Assembly: GCF_044704955.1 (NCBI RefSeq)
Contig: NC_091983.1
Span: 66,712,001-66,776,000 of the forward strand
Origin: Pristiophorus japonicus
Lineage: Eukaryota
Length of the DNA: 64,000 bases
Direction of reading: 5' to 3'
Shown: positions 12,716-25,342 of the stretch, one piece after another
Position numbering within the stretch: position 1 is the first letter of the stretch
How the letters are laid out: each line of letters opens with the position of its first letter
Translations under genes and position numbers: made by a program
Notes under the pieces: generated by a model
Database searches by the model: none
What the model was told of the DNA's origin: nothing
What the model saw: only the letters and a program-made list of their open reading frames with translations

Positions 12716-14706
12716 AGAGGCTTCTTGCAGCAGTGAGAAGGCTGCAGGAAGCCTCAAAAAGTTGAGGCAGCTGTTTCCCTCCTCCCCCCTCCCCCCCCGC
12801 GGGAACGAACGGCTTCCTCCTCCCCCCCCCCCCGCGGGAACGAACGGCTTCCTCCTCCCCCCCCCCCGCGGGAACGAACGACTTCCTCCTCCCCCCCCCC
12901 CCCCCCGCGGGAACGAACGGCTTTCTCCTCCCCCCTCCCCCCGCGGGAACGAACGACTTCCTCCTCCCCCCCCCCCCCCCCGCGGGAACGAACGGCTTCC
13001 TCCTCCCCCCCCCCCCGCGGGAACGAACGGCTTCCTCCTCCCCCCCCCCCCGCGGGAACGAACGGCTTTCTCCTCCCCCCTCCCCCCGCGGGAACGAACG
13101 ACTTCCTCCTCCCCCCCCCCCCCCCCCCGCGGGAACGAACGGCTTCCTCCTCCCCCCCCCCCCGCGGGAACGAACGGCTTCCTCCTCCCCCCCCCCCCCC
13201 CGCGGGAACGAACGGCTTTCTCCTCCCCCCTCCCCCCGCGGGAACGAACGACTTCCTCCTCCCCCCCCCCCCCCCCCGCGGGAACGAACGGCTTCCTCCT
13301 CCCCCCCCCCCCGCGGGAACGAACGACTTCCTCCTCCCCCCCCCCCCCCCCCGCGGGAACGAACGGCTTCCTCCTCCCCCCCCCCCCCGCGGGAACGAAC
13401 GGCTGCTTCCCGCCCCCCCCCTGCGGGAACGAACGGCTTCCTCCTCCTCCCCCCCCCCCCCCGCGGGAACGAACGACTTCCTCCTCCCCCCCCCCCCCCC
13501 CGCGGGAACGAACGGCTTTCTCCTCCCCCCCCCCCCCCCGCGGGAACGAACGGCTGCTTCCCGCCCCCCCCCCGCGGGAACGAACGGCTTCCTCCTCCTC
13601 CCCCCCCCCCCCCCCGCGGGAACGAACGACTTCCTCCTCCCCCCCCCCCCCCCCGCGGGAACGAACGGCTTTCTCCTCCCCCCCCCCCCCCCGCGGGAAC
13701 GAACGGCTGCTTCCCGCCCCCCCCCCGCGGGAACGAACGGCTTCCTCCTCCTCCCCCCCCCGCGGGAACGAACGACTTCCTCCTCCTCCCCCCCCCCGCG
13801 GGAACGAACGGCTTCCTCCTCCTCCCCCCCCCCGCGGGAACGAACGGCTTCCTCCTCCTCCCCCCCCCGCGGGAACGAACGGCTTCCTCCTCCTCCCCCC
13901 CCCGCGGGAACGAACGGCTTCCTCCTCCTCCCCCCCCCCGCGGGAACGAACGGCTTCCTCCTCCTCCCCCCCCCCGCGGGAACGAACGACTTCCTCCTCC
14001 TCCCCCCCCCCGCGGGAACGAACGGCTTCCTCCTTCCCCCCCCCCCCCGCGGGAACGAACGACTTCCTCCTTCCCCCCCCCCGCGGGAACGAACGACTTC
14101 CTCCTTCCCCCCCCCGCGGGAACGAACGACTTCCTCCTTCCCCCCCCCCGCGGGAACGAACGGCTGCTTCCCGCCCCCCCCCCGCGGGAACGAACGGCTT
14201 CCTGCATCCTCCCCCCCCTCCCGCAACATTCTCCCTGGCTGAAGCACTTTCACACAGGTAGGAAGATGGTTTATTTAATCTTTTCTTTGCTTATAAATGT
14301 TTATTCAGCTTGGATTTATTTGTATAATATTTGTAGAAGTATAAATAAGGATTTATTATAGAATTTAATGACTTCCCTTCCCCCCCCACCTCGTTCTGGA
14401 CGCCTAATTTGTAACCTGCACCTGATTTTTTAATGTGTAGAACGGGTTTTTTCTGTTCTACAAAAATCTTCACTTGCTCCATTCTAAGTTAGTTTGGAGT
14501 ACGTTTTCACTGTGGAAACTTTGAAATCAGGCGTCAGTGGCCGGACACGCCCCCTTTTGAAGAAAAAATTCTGTTCCAAAGTGGAACTGTTCTACCTGAC
14601 TAGAACTGCAGAAAAAAAAATGTGGAGAATTGCGATTTCTGAGATAGTCCGTTCTCCACCAGTTGCTCCTAAAAATCAGGCGCAAATCATGTGGAAACTT
14701 GGGCCC
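12716..14706 (-). mobile_element. Harbinger-type MITE (gggcccaagtttc subfamily), one end missing, containing a minisatellite
   Basis: TIR gaaacttgggccc ends at 14706; reverse complement of 14480-14706 resembles 57637-57900. Confidence 0.75.
12787..14215. repeat. Minisatellite, unit about 33-40 bp: cgcgggaacgaacg(g/a)cttcctcctc + poly-C, roughly 40 copies
   Basis: Directly visible tandem array with variable C-run length; gives rise to the spurious 500-aa ORFs. Confidence 0.97.
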
Positions 14707-14780
14707 AAAATGAGGACAAATGCTTGTTGAAACTTATCTCTGAATGTCATTACTAGATTGTAATTCGATATATAACTCAC

Positions 14781-14903
14781 TTGCGCCCAACGTGTCTGGT
14801 TAGCCGCACCATAAGCAGACGTGCCTCCTCTGGGCGTGACTGTGTGCTCTTTACAAATGAGAGTGGTTTCTTTAGGCCATGCTTTTCCAAAATTTCTGCC
14901 ACG
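14781..14903 (-). CDS. NBAS: NBAS exon, VAEILEKHGLKKPLSFVKSTQSRPEEARLLMVRLTRHVGR
   Basis: ttacttttag acceptor, AA|gtgagt donor; 123 nt, phase 2-2; LMVRLTRH motif. Confidence 0.95.
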
Positions 14904-16189
14904 CTAAAAGTAAATAATTACAAATAATCAGTAAAAATAACTCCATGTAAAATGTAGCTTTCTCTTGTGGCGTTACTCAAGGACCACAGACCAGAGACAA
15001 AGGAACAAGCAGCACAAAGAATTAAAAAGGGGAAATGTGAGCAGCAGGCAAGGACCGAGGCTTGATGAGAAGAGGGGTGAGGATGTGCCTGTTTGTGATG
15101 GGGCGGGTGGAGTGAGGGGTTCCTGGAGTGTGGAACCTGGGAAGAGAGAGGGGCCAAGCAGTGAGTCTATGTCTGTGTCTATTTGTCTATGTAACCATCT
15201 TATCGGTTAACATCAATATCACTAATGTTGCAAGGATTTGAAAATTAAGCACTCTGGAATCATACATCAGACAAACAACTTTTAACAGCAGGTTTTTTAA
15301 ATCTTTATAGCAGAATGGTATTTGTAATTACTTTTCAAAAATAATTTGAAGGAGGTACAGAAAACAAATATGCCACAGTATAATGTTCTTTTGTTTAAAA
15401 TGAAATTATGATGATGCCACTTAGGGGAAATATTGTATAAAATCTTACTGTAGAGAAGGATATACATAGGCTATGTATATTTATAAAAGGTAGCCAAAAG
15501 CTAATCTCCCATTAGTGATAAAGAATATTTTATGTTAATAATTCATACATTAGAACACAGCTTCACTTAAAAATAATGGCCATATGGAGAGTAGCAAAAT
15601 CATACACAGCCCCAAACAATACATCAATAGTGTAATAATATTATTATTTTCAATTGGTGTCCACATATGAATTTCCCTTGTGAGTAGCTCGAGGATGAAC
15701 TCAAAATTGTAAACATAGTAAATAATCACTTGCTAGAAGAATTCACTTCAGGAAGACACTAGTAACATTCGACTCATCATAAGAGGTTCGACAATAAGAA
15801 TTTTTTTGATACCGCTTGCTTGAACATCCGAACAATGCATGCCCATGAATGGACAGCACATACCCTAGGATATTAAAGGATAAAATCTACAAAGTACTGA
15901 TAATCATCACGAAGGAAATAGTCAAGAGGGGAGTTCCCACTGGATTGGAAACAAACCAACAGGGTACCGATTTTCAACTGGGTTCCAATACATAGTGAAG
16001 GAGCTAAATGTAGGACTGATCCAGTTTGCAGGACAGACATGATGTAGGAGGCGCCAACCCGACCTGGGAGGTGAACACCACCTTCGGCAGCGGAGGATAA
16101 AAGAGCACCACCCCAGGACTCAGCGCTCCGACTAGACCTGACCTGGGAGGGCACACCACCACCGGCAGTGGAGGATAAAGGAGAAGCTA

Positions 16190-19100
16190 GCCACCGCAGG
16201 GAGAAGTACGAGCCGTCCCAAGAGGGCGACAAAAGCGAAGAGGACGACAAAATCGACATCACCGGAATCCAGGTAGCTAATTGGTGGCGTGCCCTTGAGC
16301 GAGGCCGAGCCCAGTGGAGGGGCCGGGATCCAGGAGCGGGAGGAGTGGAGGTTGGGGCTGGCGACAAGCGGGAGGAGCGGAGGTCAGGACTGGAGGTCGG
16401 GAACGGAGAAGAGCGGAGGTCGAGACCTGAGGCCTGGAGCAGCGGCGAGGTCGGGGCCCAGGAAAGAACTAGCACGGGTTAACAGCGAGGTCGAGCATCC
16501 GATGAATCCCAGGGAGAGACGACCTGTGGAAAGGAGGAAGGAGGACAGTAGGAGTATGTGTGTGTGCATGAACTAGGCCCATGCAGCAGTGCCTGGTCTC
16601 CAGTGGTCTTGGCTCCCCTTGCCACTAGACCAAGACCTTGCTCTGTCAAGCCTGTGTGGTAACTGGTGTGCACGTTAAAAGAATTCACGCACAGGCATCT
16701 TCCACCCTGGGACGTCAGGACCATGGACAATCCCAACAGCCTGGAACACCGTACTGTTATCGTTGCCCGGGAACTTGGACGTTTCGACGTGGACATTGCT
16801 GCCCTAAGCAAGGGGCAGCGGGCAGAGGAAGGCCAGCTCAAGGAACAAGTTGGTGGTTACACCTTCTTCTGGAAAGGTAAACCAGAAGAACGGCAACTCC
16901 ATGGGGTTGGTATCACCATATAAAATGAGCTAGTGGGCCGTCTCAGAGACTCCCCTTGCAGGTTAAACGAACGTCTCATCACTCTTTGGCTCAGCTTAGC
17001 CTGGAACCAGTGTGCTACGGTCATCAGTGCATACGCCCCAACACTGGAAACTACAGATGAGACCAAAGAGGAATTCTACTCCAGCCTTGAACGATCCCTG
17101 TCCCGAGTCCCAACTGGCGACAAGCTGATCCAACTTGGCGATTTTAACGTCAAGAGTTGGAAAGGACACAGACCTCTGGGTAGGTGTAATCGGCAGGGTT
17201 GGGAAAACCAACTCCAATTGTAAGCTCCTCCTGACAAAATGCTTAGAACATGGTCTTGTCATAATCAACATCTTGTTCTGTCAGAGAGACAAATATAAGG
17301 CTTCATAGCAACACGCTCGCTCCAAGCACTGGCATCTGCTCGACTACGTCATTATCCGAGCAAGGACGTGCGCATCACCTGTGCCATGACAGGAGCTGAC
17401 GACTGCTGGACGGACCATCGTCTAATCTGCTCTTCATCTCCATTAAGATAGCCCCAAAACAGCGGCGGAAACAGAAACAATGCCGCAGGAAATTCAACGC
17501 CGGAGCACTCAAAGACTCTGCTAAGAAAGCCCTATTCAGCCATGCCTCACGACCATCCTGGCGACTCCCAGTGATCCAGAGATGCAGAGTGTCCACAGTG
17601 CCTGGTCTGCCCTCAAGGCCTCCATAATTAGCTCCTGTGAAGAGATGCTTGGTCAGTCGACCAGGAAACACCAAGACTGGTTCGATGAGAGCGACCAGGA
17701 GATCCAAGAGCTAATAAGCCACAAACGCAAAGCATTCTTGAACTGGAAACAGCAACACAACTCGAGAGCAAGAAAACAGCTTAAGAGATGTCTGAAGTCC
17801 GAGGTCCAACAAAAAACTCGCGACCTGAAGAACAGATGGTGGGTGGAGAAAGCACAGGAGATCCAGCAACTAGCCGACGTGCGTGCATTCTTTAGCGCAG
17901 TCAAGACCACCTACGGCCCAAGCTCCCAAGGCCCTACCCCACTGTTCATCAAGAATGGAGAGGTACTCATCAAGGATAGAGAGGCAGGCAGTGCCCGCTG
18001 GAAGGAGCACTTCGAAGATTTCCTTAACCGAGACTTTGCCTTCGATGAGAGTGTCCTCGACTCCATCCCGCAGCATGCTACCCGCCACCACCTCAGCACA
18101 ACCCCAGCCCAGCACGAGATTGAAAAGCAAAGCAGATGGAATCCCCGCCGAAGCACTAAAACATGGCGGGGAAGCACTATTGGCGCGAATATATGAAATC
18201 ATTTCTCTTATTTGGAAGGAGGAGAGCATGCTAGGAGATCTCAGAGATGCCATAATCATGATCATCTTCAAGAAGGGGGACGCCCGATTGCGGTAATTAC
18301 AGGAGTTTCCCTGCTGTCTGCCACAGGGAAAGTCATCGCAAGAATCCTCCTCAATCGTCTTCTCCCTGTGCAATGCGGATTCCGCACAATGGACATGATC
18401 TTCAACACGCGTCAAATTCAAGAGAAATGCAGGGAGCAACACCAACCTCTGTACATGGTCTTCTTTGACCTTACAAAGGCCTTCGACACGGTCAACCGTG
18501 AGGGATTATGGAGCGTGCTCAAGTTCGGCTACCCTCAAAAGTTTGTCACCATCCTCTGCCTGCTTCACGATGACATGCAAGCCGTGATCCTGACCAACGA
18601 ATCCATACAGGCCCAATTCACATACAGACCGGGTCAAGCAAGGCTGCGTCATCGCACCACCGCTCTTCTCGATCTTCTTTGCTGCAATGCTCCACCTCAC
18701 CCTCAGTAAACTTCCCGCTGGAGTGGAGATAATCTACAGAACAAACGGGAAACTGTTCAACCTCCGTCGCCTCCAGTCCAGATCCAAGGTCTTCCCATCC
18801 ACTGTCATTGAATTACAATACGCAGACAAAGCTTGCGTCTGCGCACACTGAGAGGCTGACCTCTAAACCATCGTCAACACCTTCACAGAAGCGTACGAGA
18901 GCATGGGCCTTACACTAAACATCCGTAAGACAAAAGGTCCTGTACCAACCTGCCCCGCCACACAGTACTGCCCGATTATCAAAATCAACGACGAGGTCTT
19001 GGACAACGTGGACCATTGTCCATACCTTGGGAGCCTACTGTCAACAAGGGCAGACGTCAATGACTAAGTCTAAAACCACCTTCAGTGTACCAGTGTCGCC

Positions 19101-19785
19101 TGAGGAAGAGAATGGTTGAAGACAAGGACCTCAAACCTGGCAACAAGCTCATGGTCTACAGAGCAGTAGTGATACCCACCCTCCTATATGCTTCACAGAC
19201 ATGGACTATGTACAGCAGGCACTTCAAAGCACTGGAGAAGTACCTCCGCAAGATCCTGCAAATCCATTGGGAGGATAGGCGCACCAACATCAGAGTTCTC
19301 GCTCAGGCCAACATCCCCAGCATCGAAGCATTGACCACACTCAATTAGCTCCGATAGACGGGCCACATCGTCCGCATGCCCGATACGAGACTTCCAAAAC
19401 AAACACTCTACTCGGAGCTCCGATACGGTAAGCAAGCCCCAGGTGGGCAGAGGAAATACTTCAAGGACACCCTCAAAGCCTCCTTGAAAAAGTGCAACAT
19501 CCCCATCGACACCTGGGAATCCCTGGCCCAATACCGCACAAAGTGGAGGAGAAGTAGGCGCCGAGCACCTCGAGTTTCTTCGCCGGGAGCAAGTGGAGGC
19601 CAAGCGCAAACAGCGGCAGGAGCGCACAACAACTCAAGCATCCCACCTACCCATCCCTTCAACCACCGCCTGTCCCACCTGTGACAGAGACTGTAGGTCC
19701 TGCATCTGACTCATTAGTCACCTGAGAACTCATTTTTAGTGTGGAAGCAAGTCATCCTCGACTCTGAGGAACTGCTTAAGAGAGA
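16190..19785 (+). mobile_element. Near full-length RTE-clade LINE (APE endonuclease + RT), frameshifted
   Basis: WDVRT, DIAALS, GYTFFWKG, ISAYAPT, LGDFN, QDWFDE, FFDLTKAFDTV, LQYAD, LPKQTLYSEL; 3' end gtggaagcaagtcatcctcga; 5' limit approximate. Confidence 0.92.
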
Positions 19786-20339
19786 GGTGGTAGAGTAAGC
19801 AGCAAGCAGATGAGCAGGAAAATCTCGGGTGTGTGGAAAATTGCTGCTGAAGTGCTTTAAGATTCTTGCTGGCTTCTTGGTTGCCACTATCCTAGCTTCG
19901 GAGGAGGGTGTTGAGAGAAAGGTGTACTAGCTTACTTCAGTTTCTGAAAGACCAAGATTTTGCAAGAAATATAAAAGATGAAAGGAGAAACTGAACACTG
20001 ATGACAAGGAGACGGAAATGGTAGGCAAGTTTATGTACTTGGGTAGTTGTGTGAACAGCAAAGGTGCAAGGGGAATGAAATGAAATGGTGTATTGCTATT
20101 GCTGGAACTATTTTTGACAGACTTTGAATTCCATAACACAAAACATACAGCTGTATAGCCATCAATCAATAAATAAAATTTTCTTTCTAGGGAAGTAGTC
20201 ATAAAATATCAGCACTGCAATTGCCTGTAACATGCGAATTCCAACCTTTGTCTTGCATCCATTGTACATGTGTGCAAACAGAACATGAATCCCACTAATT
20301 GTGCAAATTGAAATAGTTCCAAAGCTTTAAAAAAATAAA

Positions 20340-21005
20340 AAGGGAAGCAACAGTTTACTATAAATGACACCATTTTGAAATGTGTAGATGAGCAGAGACC
20401 TCAGTGTCTATATACACAAATCCTTAAAGGTGGCAGGGCAAGTTGATCAGGTGGTTAAAAAAGGATGTAGATTACTTGGGTCTATAAATAGAGCAATAAA
20501 ATATAAAAGCTAATAGATCATGCTAGAACTTTCTAAATCACTGGTTGGGCCCCAGCTGGAATATTGTGGACAATTCTGGACACCACACTTCAAGAAAGAT
20601 GTACAGGCCTTAGAATGGGTGCAGAGGAGGCTTACCAATAGGAGAGGTTGGAAAAGTTAGGCCTGTTATCCTTGGGACAGAGAGGGTTAAGACGTGACCT
20701 AATAGACGTTTTCAAGATGATGAGAGGTTGTGGTAGTGTAGATAGAGAAAAATGATTCCCTCTGGTGAGTGGGTCAATAACTAAAGGTCATAGATTGAAA
20801 ATCACTGCCAAAAGATCTAGTGGGGAGATGATGCGAAATGTTTTCACTTAGAGCCGTCAGGATCTGGAACGCTCTACCTCAAAAGGTGGTGGAAGCTGAT
20901 TCCTTAAATAATTTTAAAAGGGAGTTGGACAGGAACCTGAGGATGAGGGTTACAGACAAAAAGCAGGGATGTGGGACTAAGCACGATTGCTCTTTGAGCT
21001 CACTG
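20340..21005 (+). mobile_element. Old CR1 3' fragment
   Basis: LEYCGQFWTPHFKKD and RGLRRDLIDVFKMM-like remnants. Confidence 0.75.
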
Positions 21006-21099
21006 GCTTTTAAATAGGAAGAACCGTGCATATGCAGTATTTTGAATGGGCCGCGCACCACCTCAAAAATTAAAGGAAACATTGCTGCTGGCCTAACAT

Positions 21100-21350
21100 A
21101 GCCACTTCCTTCGATCAGATCACCCCTTAACCTTCTAAATTCTTGGGAATACAACCCTAATTTGTGGAATCTCCTCATAACTTAGCCCTTGAAGTCCAAG
21201 TATCATCCTAGTAAACTTATGCTGCACTCTCTCCAAGGCCAATATATCCTTCCCAAACTGTGGTGCCCAGAACTGCTCACTGTACTCCAGGTGTGATCTA
21301 ACCAGGGTCTTGTATAACTGCAGCATAGCCTCTATCCCTTTATATTCTAA
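21100..21350 (-). mobile_element. CR1 fragment
   Basis: LQLYKTLVRSHLEYSEQFWAP, LERVQHKFT. Confidence 0.8.
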
Positions 21351-21589
21351 ATTCTGCTCTGTGGCCTGATCGCTCTTTAACCAACAATTTATTCAGCTGC
21401 CCACTCCCATCTTAGCTCGATACCGGGAGCTGCAGATCTACCCTGCATACTACTCGCCCTTCCGCTGCCATTCTGCGACTACTCCCCCAATCTCTGTCTT
21501 AGTTGGCCTGCTTCAACTTTTGCCCCACCAGCTTTGTTCTCCCTACTGCTGCATGACCACTGGCTGTCTACTGTGCTCCTGGACCATGC

Positions 21590-22680
21590 TCCCACTCGCA
21601 GATTTTTTAAAAAAGCATTCATCATTTAGCCCTACCATTCATTTTCCGGTGCTATTTAAAAATCACTTTTTTTTTAAACCACCAAAATGCTACTTTCGCT
21701 CAAGGCCGCTATTTTCATCAAATATGACCGGTGGTAGAGCTAACTGTATTTCGTTCTTATTTTTGATCGTGCAGCACTCAAAGTAAAATGGGTGGTATTT
21801 TTGCGGGTCGTAAAAATGATGGTATTGATGATTTGCCTCTGGTGGTAATTTTCGGTAGTATTTCGGTGTTGGAGTCTTGGCCGCAGGTCAAAGAAGTGCA
21901 GGGTGAGGGCTGATGTATTATTGCTGTTTTTGTTCTTGCTGTTGATGTAGTTGTTCTTGTTGTGTTATTGTTGTTGTTGCAAAAAAATTTAAACCGTTGA
22001 AGTTTAAAAATTATTTATTTATTGACTTTTACATTTTTTAAAGTTTACAACATTTTATAAAATGTTGTTAAATCTAACCATTCGTGTACTGTGTCTAACT
22101 TTTATAAAATGAAGGGTAAAACTCAACGAGAGAGTGGGCGGTAAAGATGAAACATAACTCTCACTGTTCAAGCAAAGCATTGATTTATGAGCTGCTGATA
22201 TCCTCAAATAGCCTCAAAATGTTCTCAAAGGTCCTCAGATGTCCTCCAATTTTCTTAAATATTCTTAAAATGTCCTCCATTTTCTCAAATAATCCACTAA
22301 AAGCCTCAAATAACCTTAAAATCTAACTCTGAACTCACATAAAGATGGCTGTGTAAAACTCAGCCTTCTCTCATGTGGAAGGGATTGCAGCTCCGTTTTT
22401 TAAAATGACATCCGTAGCACTGGATTCGATCAGATCAGATAAGACAGCACTTTTCTCGGTGGTAATGTAGGCCAGTGGTAAAAATGGTGGTATTGATGAA
22501 TTTACCTCTGGTGGTAATTTTCGGTGGTATTTTGGTGTTGCACACTTCATAACGTCAAAAAAACAGCAAAAAAATAAGATTGGTGGTATTTTTACCACCA
22601 CCGGTGGTAAATCATTGATGAATTTAACACCAGTGTTATTTCTGGTGGTAAATGATCGAAAAAATGACAAAAATCCAGCC
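21590..22680. mobile_element. Degenerate Harbinger-type element remnant with internal duplication
   Basis: Ends in aaaatccagcc (TIR-like, as at 12685); block ggtattgatga..tttgcctctggtggtaattttcggt repeated near 21820 and 22490; left end uncertain. Confidence 0.5.
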
Positions 22681-22738
22681 AACAGACTTAAAACAGTATG
22701 TCCCAAGGAAATACAACTAAACAAATATTTATTGCAGA

Positions 22739-24145
22739 TCATAGAAACATACATAGAAAATAGGTGCAGGAGTAGGCCATACGGCTCTTCGAGCCTGCAG
22801 CACCATTCAATATGATCATGGCTGATCATGCAACTTCAGTACCTCATTCCTGCTTTCTCTCCATACCCCTTGATCCCTTTAGCTGTAAAGGCCACATCCA
22901 ACTCCCTTTTGAATATATCTAGCAAACTGGCCTCAACAACTTTCTGTGGTAGAGAATTCCACAGGTTCACAACTCTCTGAATGAAGAAGTTTTTCCTCAT
23001 CTCGGTCCTAAATGGCTTACCCCTTATCCTTGGACTGTGACCCCTGGTTCTGGACTTCCCCAACATCGGGAACATTCTTCCTGCATCTAACCTGTCCAAT
23101 CCCATCAGAATTTTATATGTTTCTATGAGATCCCCTCTCATTCTTCTAAATTCCAGTGAATATAAGCCTAGTCAATCCAGTCTTTCTTCATATGTTAGTC
23201 CTGCCATCCCAGGAATCAGTCTGCTGAACCTTCGCTGCACTCCCTCAACAGCAAAAATGTCCTTCCTCAGATTAGGAGACAAAAACTGAACACAATATTC
23301 AAGGTGTGGCCTCACCGATGCCCTGTACAACTGCAGTAAGACCTCCCTGGTCCTATACTCAAATCCTCTTGCTATGATGGCCAACATGCCATTTGCCTTC
23401 TTCACCGCCTGCTGTACCTGCATGCCAACTTTCAATGACTGATGTTCCATGACACCCAGGTCTCATTGCACCTCCCCTTTTCCTAATCTGTCACCATTCA
23501 GATAATATTCTGCCTTCCTGTTTTTGTCACCATTATACATTATACTGCATCTGCCATGCATTTGCCCACTCACCTAACTTGTCCAAGTCGCCTTGTAGCC
23601 TCTTAGCATCCTCCTTACAGCTCACACTGCTACCCAGCTTAGTGTCATCTGCAAACTTGGAGATATTACATTCAATTCCTTTGTCTAAATCATTAATGTA
23701 TATTGTAAATAGCTGGGGTCCCACTGAACCTTATGGCACCCCACTAGTCACTGCCTGCCATTCTGAAAAGGACCAGTTTATTTCTACTCTTTGCTTCCTG
23801 TCTGCCAACCAGTTCTCTATCCACGACAATACATTACCCCCAATACCACGTGCTTTAATTTTGCACACTAATCTCGTGTGGAACCTTGTCAAAAGCCTTT
23901 TGAAAGTCCAAATACACCACATCCACTGGTTCTCCCTTGTCCACTCTACTAGTTACATCCTCAAAAAATTCTAGAAGATTTGTCAAGCATGATTTCCCTT
24001 TCATAAATCCATGCTGACTTGGACAGATCCTGTCACTGCTTTCCAAATGCACTGCTATTACATCTTTAATAATTGATTCCAACATTTTCCCCACTACCGA
24101 TGTCAGGCTAACCGGTCGATAATTCCGTTTTCTCTCTCCCTCCTT
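22739..24145 (-). mobile_element. CR1 LINE 3' part (RT domain), same subfamily as 35709
   Basis: NYRPVSLTSVVGK, YLDFQKAFDKVPH, SKFADDTKL; tail catagaaacatacatagaaaatagg. Confidence 0.93.
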
Positions 24146-24600
24146 ATGTACACACACTTCAAATGAGTGACTGTGAAGAGCTGTACTAAACAAAAGTAAT
24201 CCTGCCAAGTTTAACTGAACTAAGGCCAAGACAAACATTAATATCAAATATAAAGATCAGCATAGCTATTTACTGTGGTGCACAGCAATGTCTCAGAAGA
24301 TATTGACCATGCTCTCGAAGCCAACATGGATGTGCTTTTATGTTTGACGAGCATTTTTTCCCCTGTAATATTTTCCCAGATAACCGTTGAACATCTCTGG
24401 CTCTTAACAGTGTTATGGCTCAGTCAATCACCTGGGAGGCATACTGGATTGTTATAGGAAGTCAGTTATTTCCTCTCTCTTCCATAAGGTTAAGTATAGA
24501 CCTCAGAAAGATGCCTATGTGCGACTTGAATTTGCAGAGCTTTCTGTTTAAGATTTACTTACATCAGAATTTTATTCCGCCAATTTTATCAGAGCATATA

Positions 24601-24960
24601 CAAGTGCAGCATCGAGAATCTGGAACCCTTGGGTCCGAGGCCGCTCCGGATTTCATTTCGGGCTTTCGATCGTCTTTCTGATGTCACGAATCCAGAAACA
24701 CACGAGCCCAGGTTCGGGTATTTCAGAATTTTGAAACGTCAGAAGGGGGGCGGGGGGGAGTTCCCGCCAGGAAGCTGTTCAGGCCACCGGCCCCATCGAT
24801 GAAATCGTCGGGCGGGTCCCGCCGAAGTGGAGCTGTTCGGGCGGGTTCCCGCCGCCAAGAAGGTGTTCGGTAGGGGTCCCGCTGAGATGATGTTTGGGCG
24901 GGGTCCTGCCGAGGAGGAGCTGCCAGTTCGCCGTCATCCGGACCGCAAATTCTGAGCCAA
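24601..24960. mobile_element. Tc1/mariner (Tigger-like) MITE, left part
   Basis: TA followed by caagtgcagcatcgagaatctggaacccttggg, similar to the ends of the 49706 element. Confidence 0.55.
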
Positions 24961-25019
24961 TACAGTGCAGTAAGCATACACTAAGTATTTTTACTGCAAG
25001 TTACTTCATTGGCCAGCAG

Positions 25020-25165
25020 TGTGCAACAGACCCTATAAAAATGAAATATTTTCTACTTTCTACATTACAACAGTGACTACACTACAAATGTACTACATTG
25101 GCTTTAAAGCACTTTGAGACATCCGGTGGTCGTGAACGCCACTTTAGAAATCCATGTCTTTCTTT
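25020..25165 (+). mobile_element. SINE 3' tail fragment
   Basis: ctacattacaacagtgactacact..aagcactttgagacatcc..atgtctttctttt, typical of L2-tailed SINEs (recalled). Confidence 0.55.
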
Positions 25166-25342
25166 TCTTTTTTTTTTAAACAATGGGGTCAATTTATGTT
25201 AATAGCAGTGGTCTACATACGAGCTCGCAATAGGGGGAGTAGAGGGAGAGTACTACAATGCCTCGCAATATTTTCTCCAGAAGGCAAGTTGTACTTTCCC
25301 CTTTTTTTCAGTTCTGATGAAAGGTTATCGACCTGAAATGTT

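Noticed and set aside
12787-14215. CRISPR-like appearance (constant core with variable gaps)
   Set aside because: The gaps are poly-C length variants, not unique spacers; eukaryotic intron, no cas genes.
12651-14261. Three ORFs of about 500 aa rich in Gly/Arg or Pro
   Set aside because: Translations of a stop-free minisatellite on both strands; no gene structure.
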